Origin: Bdellovibrionota bacterium
GTDB lineage: Bacteria; Bdellovibrionota_C; UBA2361; CALJRW01
Reading direction: 5' to 3'
DNA: 64,000 bases
NCBI GenBank assembly: GCA_041740355.1
Contig: JBGSMD010000039.1
Location: 39,223-103,222 of the forward strand
Positions within the stretch are counted from its first letter, which is position 1. Each line of letters opens with the position of its first letter. Below, piece after piece: positions 59,208 to 64,000 of the stretch. Position numbers and translations under genes: made by a program. The notes under the pieces are model-generated. The model saw only the letters and a list, made by a program, of their open reading frames with translations. It did no database searches and had not been told where the DNA came from.

Positions 59208-61234
59208 TAGTAATCTCCCCAAGGGGTATTAGCTAAATCCCTCATCAATTTTTCCATTTGATGAAAACGTAATGCTTGTGGCCCGTCACTTAAAGCTTTC
59301 TCTGGCTCAGGATGAAATTCAACTATAATTCCATGCGCCCCAATAGCTTTAGCGGCAATCGCCATTGCTGGCACCAAGTCCCGAACTCCTGCCGCATGCG
59401 ATGGGTCAATAATAATTGGTAAATGACTACGACGCTTAATTAATGGAACAGCACTTAAATCCAAAGTAAATCTAGTTGCTGTCTCGAAAGTTCTAATTCC
59501 TCTTTCACAAAACATAACTTGCAAGTTACCTTGAGCTAAGATGTACTCTGCAGCATCAAGCATGTCATTAATTGTCGAACTCATTCCACGTTTTAATAAA
59601 ACTGGTTTTTGAGTTTTTCCAATCTCGGCCAACAAAGTAAAGTTCTGCATATTCCTTGCACCAACTTGAATGATATCAGTCTTGGCAGCAACTTTATGAA
59701 CATCTTCTGTCGACATTACTTCCGTAATAATCGGCATGTGATATTTATTGCCCGCTTCAACTAACATATCAAGTCCTTCATATCCTAAACCTTGGAAACT
59801 ATAAGGCGAGGTTCTGGGCTTGAAACAACCTCCACGTAAAATTTGGCAACCAGTGCTACTAGCAAGTTCAGCACAATCCATAATCTGCTGGTAGGACTCC
59901 ACTGAACATGGTCCAGACATTACAGTAAAAGACTTCCCACCAATCTTAACTCCCTTAACTTCAATTATGGTGTCTTCTTGTTTATAATCACGACTACTAA
60001 TTAAAGATGAAGATTTTTTTGCAGCTACAGGTGTTTTATCTGTTGGTGCAGGTTCAACTTTCTTTTCATCAACTTGCGATGGCAACTTAACTTGAACAGC
60101 TTCAACATCCGGAATTGGATAACAACCAAGAACTCGAATAAACTTACTTTGCTTGCCAACTTCTTCTAAGGCTAGTCTTACTCTTTCATCCTGCAGATTT
60201 CCTTGAAGATCAACGTAAAACATCTCTTCCCAATTATTTCCGGCAACAGGTCGAGACTCTAACTTAGTTAAGTTGATCTCATAATTTTTGAATATGCTTA
60301 GCGCATCAGCAAGTGCACCTGGAACTTGTTGTGTAGAGAAAACAATTGAAGTTTTAGCAGGTACTCTCAAATCAACTTTCACTGGTTTTCTAGCAATCAC
60401 AATAAAGCGAAAGAAAACTTCCTTTTGGTTACTAATATTTTCAGCAATAACGTTTAATCCCACAATGTCTTCAATCAATTTTCCAGTAAGTCCTGCGATA
60501 CCCGCTTGGTTTAGCTCCCGAATCTTATCCACTGCATTTTCATAGTCTGCAAGGTAGCGAATCTTTAAACCATTCTCAGCTAAGAAATTACGACAAAGCA
60601 TCACATCCCTTGGATGGCAGTAAACTTCCTTAATTGATTTAATTGTTTCCCCGACTAAAGCTACTAAACAAGTTTCAATTTGAACTTTTACTTCACCAAC
60701 AATCTGATTTTGTGCATTTAACAAGAAATCATAAACTTCGTTATTTGCCCCAGCTATCGTGTTCTCAATTGGTACTATTCCATAATCTGTCTTCCCGAGT
60801 TGCACTTCTTCAAAAACGTCTTTAATTGTTTCACACAGATTGTAATTAAGACTTGTGTTAGTAAAATGTTTCTTGGCAGCTTCGGTGTTGTACTTAACAT
60901 AAGCCTGCTGACAGGAAATTTTTAGGGAATCAACCGAAGATTCAGAGTTAATCTTACCTTGTAAGTATTTTCTTTGGATTCGATTGGAATCAGCTAAGAT
61001 TTCTTTAAAAATTGAGTTTACGTAATGATTATCTAAGCCAAGTTCTTTGCTTTTTTTGAAAGCATTTAGCAATACCTCTTGCTCCCGAGATTCATCTCGA
61101 AGGCTATGGTTAGTTTTTTCCTTCTCGCTGACAACTTCAAGAGCTGCTTCCTTCCGTTGTGCTAAAATATCTAATAGCTTAGCATCAAGATCGCTGATTT
61201 TAGTTCTTAAATTATTTAATGTATCTGAAGACAT
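59207..61234 (-). CDS. chorismate mutase - prephenate dehydratase - ACT - DAHP synthase (type I-beta) fusion
   Basis: 675 aa. AroQ CM helix region (LRTKISDLDAKLLDILAQR), PDT (GIVPIENTIAG), ACT (TSIVFSTQQVPGALADAL), a Lys/Pro linker, then a KDSA/DAHPS I-beta domain (GPCSVES, RGGCFKPRTSPYSFQG, DPSHA). Confidence 0.85.
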   Translation of the reverse strand: MSSDTLNNLRTKISDLDAKLLDILAQRKEAALEVVSEKEKTNHSLRDESREQEVLLNAFKKSKELGLDNHYVNSIFKEILADSNRIQRKYLQGKINSESSVDSLKISCQQAYVKYNTEAAKKHFTNTSLNYNLCETIKDVFEEVQLGKTDYGIVPIENTIAGANNEVYDFLLNAQNQIVGEVKVQIETCLVALVGETIKSIKEVYCHPRDVMLCRNFLAENGLKIRYLADYENAVDKIRELNQAGIAGLTGKLIEDIVGLNVIAENISNQKEVFFRFIVIARKPVKVDLRVPAKTSIVFSTQQVPGALADALSIFKNYEINLTKLESRPVAGNNWEEMFYVDLQGNLQDERVRLALEEVGKQSKFIRVLGCYPIPDVEAVQVKLPSQVDEKKVEPAPTDKTPVAAKKSSSLISSRDYKQEDTIIEVKGVKIGGKSFTVMSGPCSVESYQQIMDCAELASSTGCQILRGGCFKPRTSPYSFQGLGYEGLDMLVEAGNKYHMPIITEVMSTEDVHKVAAKTDIIQVGARNMQNFTLLAEIGKTQKPVLLKRGMSSTINDMLDAAEYILAQGNLQVMFCERGIRTFETATRFTLDLSAVPLIKRRSHLPIIIDPSHAAGVRDLVPAMAIAAKAIGAHGIIVEFHPEPEKALSDGPQALRFHQMEKLMRDLANTPWGDY

Positions 61235-61287
61235 AGTATCTGAATATAAAATTTAAATGACTGGCGAATTGTGTAGGCTTGGTGATA

Positions 61288-61307
61288 TTTGGTGCTTAGG
61301 CACCAAA
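61288..61307. promoter_or_regulatory. 8-bp perfect hairpin in the divergent region upstream of the shikimate operon
   Basis: tttggtgc ttag gcaccaaa, read directly. Function unknown. Confidence 0.25.
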
Positions 61308-61393
61308 ATATAGAACGAAGGGAAAAGAATGCATAAACTTAGAATTCATAACGACAAAATAGGATATTATAGTCAACAAATCAAGTAGAAAAA

Positions 61394-62062
61394 ATGCGTG
61401 AAATAAAAGATTTTGGTCCAATTTATGCCGAAACAAATCTGGACTTATTTATAGTTGAGCCCTTTAATACCTTCTCCAATCTAATCTTTTTAGTAATCAT
61501 TATTTACTGGTCTAGAAAAACAAAATTCCGCTTTAAAGATTATCCCCTAATTGTTTTTTGCTTACCAATTTTATTTATTGGATTTGTAGGTGGCTCCATT
61601 TTTCATGCTACCAGAAGTCATAGCATCTGGTTGATATTGGATTTCGTCCCGATCATGATTTTAACAATTACCGCAGCAGTTCGCTTTTGGCAGATGATTA
61701 CTAACAGTAAGATTTGGGGAACGTTATGCCCCCTAGCAATCATTTTTCTTACCAGAACTTTTGCCCAAGTAATTGACTTACCTCGTAACGTTCGAATTAG
61801 TTTTGGCTACTTGGGGCTGAGCATTGCTATTCTCCTTCCCGCTTTCCTATATTCTTACAGGAATGATTTCATTGGCTTAAAACAACTACTTTTTTCAATC
61901 ACTTTCATTATTATTGCTTTAATCTTTAGAGCAAGCGATCAATATTTCGGTCAATTTATACCAATGGGAACGCATTTTCTGTGGCATATTTTCGGTGCTT
62001 TGAGCGTTCATTTTTTAATTAGTTTTATATTTTTGACTAAGACCAAGATACCAGTATCATAA
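61394..62062 (+). CDS. 7-TM ceramidase-like membrane protein
   Basis: 222 aa and polytopic. EPFNTFSNL near the N-terminus and HFLWHIFGAL near the C-terminus resemble alkaline ceramidase family motifs. Confidence 0.5.
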   Translation: MREIKDFGPIYAETNLDLFIVEPFNTFSNLIFLVIIIYWSRKTKFRFKDYPLIVFCLPILFIGFVGGSIFHATRSHSIWLILDFVPIMILTITAAVRFWQMITNSKIWGTLCPLAIIFLTRTFAQVIDLPRNVRISFGYLGLSIAILLPAFLYSYRNDFIGLKQLLFSITFIIIALIFRASDQYFGQFIPMGTHFLWHIFGALSVHFLISFIFLTKTKIPVS

Positions 62063-62069
62063 CCAAACT

Positions 62070-62963
62070 ATGAATTTTAAACTTGGACAAGCATCGCTTA
62101 CGGCCTTGGCATTGGCTTTTTTACCAGCATGCGAGAAGAAAAATAGTACTAGCCCAACACCAAACACTAAAACCTCCATTTCTTCGACGAGCCTTCCCCC
62201 TTCAGGTTTTAACTTTACTAGAGATCCCAATTACATTGCTTGGAGAAAACTCCAAATTAGTCCCACTTCTCCTGATTTTAATGCAAGAATTTCCAAGGTA
62301 AAATCTGCAATCATAAACTTTGTTCCAACTGTTGCAGCTGAACAAACTTTACAAGACAAACTCACACCGGAACGAGCGGCAGCCTGGATTCTCACTGTTT
62401 CTGCTCATCAAAATAACACCTCGAAAGCATTAAATAGTATTGCTAGTACAATTGATCCAAAGCTTCTAACTCCAAAATGTTCTCTGGATGATCCCAATCG
62501 AAATACTATCTTCTTTAGACATGCATATGAACTTGGAAAGACATTTTTAAGTGAGCCCAATTATTCAAAGATCATTCTCCAGCATTTTGGTCAAGATGAA
62601 CTGGACTGCTTAGAAATCAATTCCAGCATGTTAATAGCTCAACAAATGTTGGTAAATCCCTACCTCAAGGTTGGTGAAAAGATAACTCTGGCTCCAACCT
62701 TTGGAATGATAGTTGATGATCGTTTATTTAAAAATGGTGGGCAGCACATCTCAATCGGTGCGAGTTTTACCCCTAATATTGAACAATATTATGATGCCTC
62801 AATGCTAAATCTACCTAATCAAGTGAATCAAATAAGTGCGCAAGATCCAAGATGGATTGCAATTGCTGGGTATTACTTAGTGATGACTAAAAAGGAAGAT
62901 CGGATTAAAATTGACAGGTCCGAACCGCAGCTTTTTTGTATTCCAGAATATTCGAGTAGCTAA
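62070..62963 (+). CDS. hypothetical lipoprotein
   Basis: Signal with lipobox LPAC followed by a Ser/Thr/Pro-rich linker. No other motif. Confidence 0.55.
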   Translation: MNFKLGQASLTALALAFLPACEKKNSTSPTPNTKTSISSTSLPPSGFNFTRDPNYIAWRKLQISPTSPDFNARISKVKSAIINFVPTVAAEQTLQDKLTPERAAAWILTVSAHQNNTSKALNSIASTIDPKLLTPKCSLDDPNRNTIFFRHAYELGKTFLSEPNYSKIILQHFGQDELDCLEINSSMLIAQQMLVNPYLKVGEKITLAPTFGMIVDDRLFKNGGQHISIGASFTPNIEQYYDASMLNLPNQVNQISAQDPRWIAIAGYYLVMTKKEDRIKIDRSEPQLFCIPEYSSS

Positions 62964-63028
62964 TATCTTAAGATTGCTAAGATTTGATATATTTTTTAAA
63001 AATGTATATTATCTAATTCTATTCAAAT

Positions 63029-63104
63029 GCCGACTTAGCTCAATTGGTAGAGCAACTGATTTGTAATCAGTAGGTTTTGGGTTCAAGTCCCTAAGTCGGC
63101 TCCA
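63029..63104 (+). tRNA. tRNA-Thr (anticodon TGT) with encoded CCA
   Basis: Manual cloverleaf: acceptor gccgact/agtcggc, D arm gctcaattggtagagc, anticodon arm actga ttTGTaa tcagt, T loop ttcaagt, 3' tcca. Confidence 0.88.
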
Positions 63105-63273
63105 GTTTCCCTTTTATTCCTTAATAGTTATCTCTCCCAATGACTTTTATGCTTACTCAAATATAATTGAGATTGTCTGCTTTAAGGTTTTCTCGGATAG
63201 CTAAATATAACTTCTTGCAGCTAATTACTGCTTAGGTATATTCTACAACTAATCTTTTAATCAATAATTGTCC

Positions 63274-64000
<727 letters not shown>

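Overview
AT-rich (roughly one-third GC by eye), densely coding chromosome segment from a diderm bacterium; LptD, an OMP beta-barrel, lipoproteins and LPS/polysaccharide genes are all present. I cannot assign a taxon. The mix of mevalonate kinase, collagen-like proteins, a papain-type peptidase, a ceramidase-like membrane protein and an orphan type IV coupling protein is reminiscent of host-associated or predatory lineages, but that is speculation. In coordinate order the window holds: nucleotide-sugar genes (rmd-like, gmd, manC, rfbD, rfbB), lptD, accD, a nif3-mvk-folE operon, a UDP-GlcA epimerase, gnd, a PPP phosphatase and lepA; a polysaccharide cluster (epimerase, uxs, ugd, priming phosphotransferase, four glycosyltransferases) interrupted by a hicAB module; an orphan VirD4/TraG-like coupling protein with unknown neighbours; tRNA-Leu; a small collagen-like protein; yebC; a solute-binding protein; a co-directional defence island (papain-like peptidase, type I R-M hsdMSR, AbiEi/AbiEii); dus; a Cys-rich lipoprotein; an OMP; feoAB; a 778-aa protein made of two tandem MoxR-like AAA+ modules; a complete shikimate/phenylalanine supraoperon with two gene fusions; tRNA-Thr; and a large collagen-like gene running off the window end. 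Points I rate most worth follow-up: (1) a MITE caught inside hicA at a TA site, with a fully reconstructable empty site, plus two MITE families sharing termini; (2) a mini-ORF upstream of lepA that re-encodes LepA residues 1-14 with different codons and stops 4 nt before the lepA ATG; (3) the orphan coupling-protein locus; (4) the tandem AAA+ protein; (5) the R-M-linked papain-like protein; (6) a network of GC-rich hairpin modules in intergenic DNA. No CRISPR array, rRNA, integrase or transposase gene was seen.
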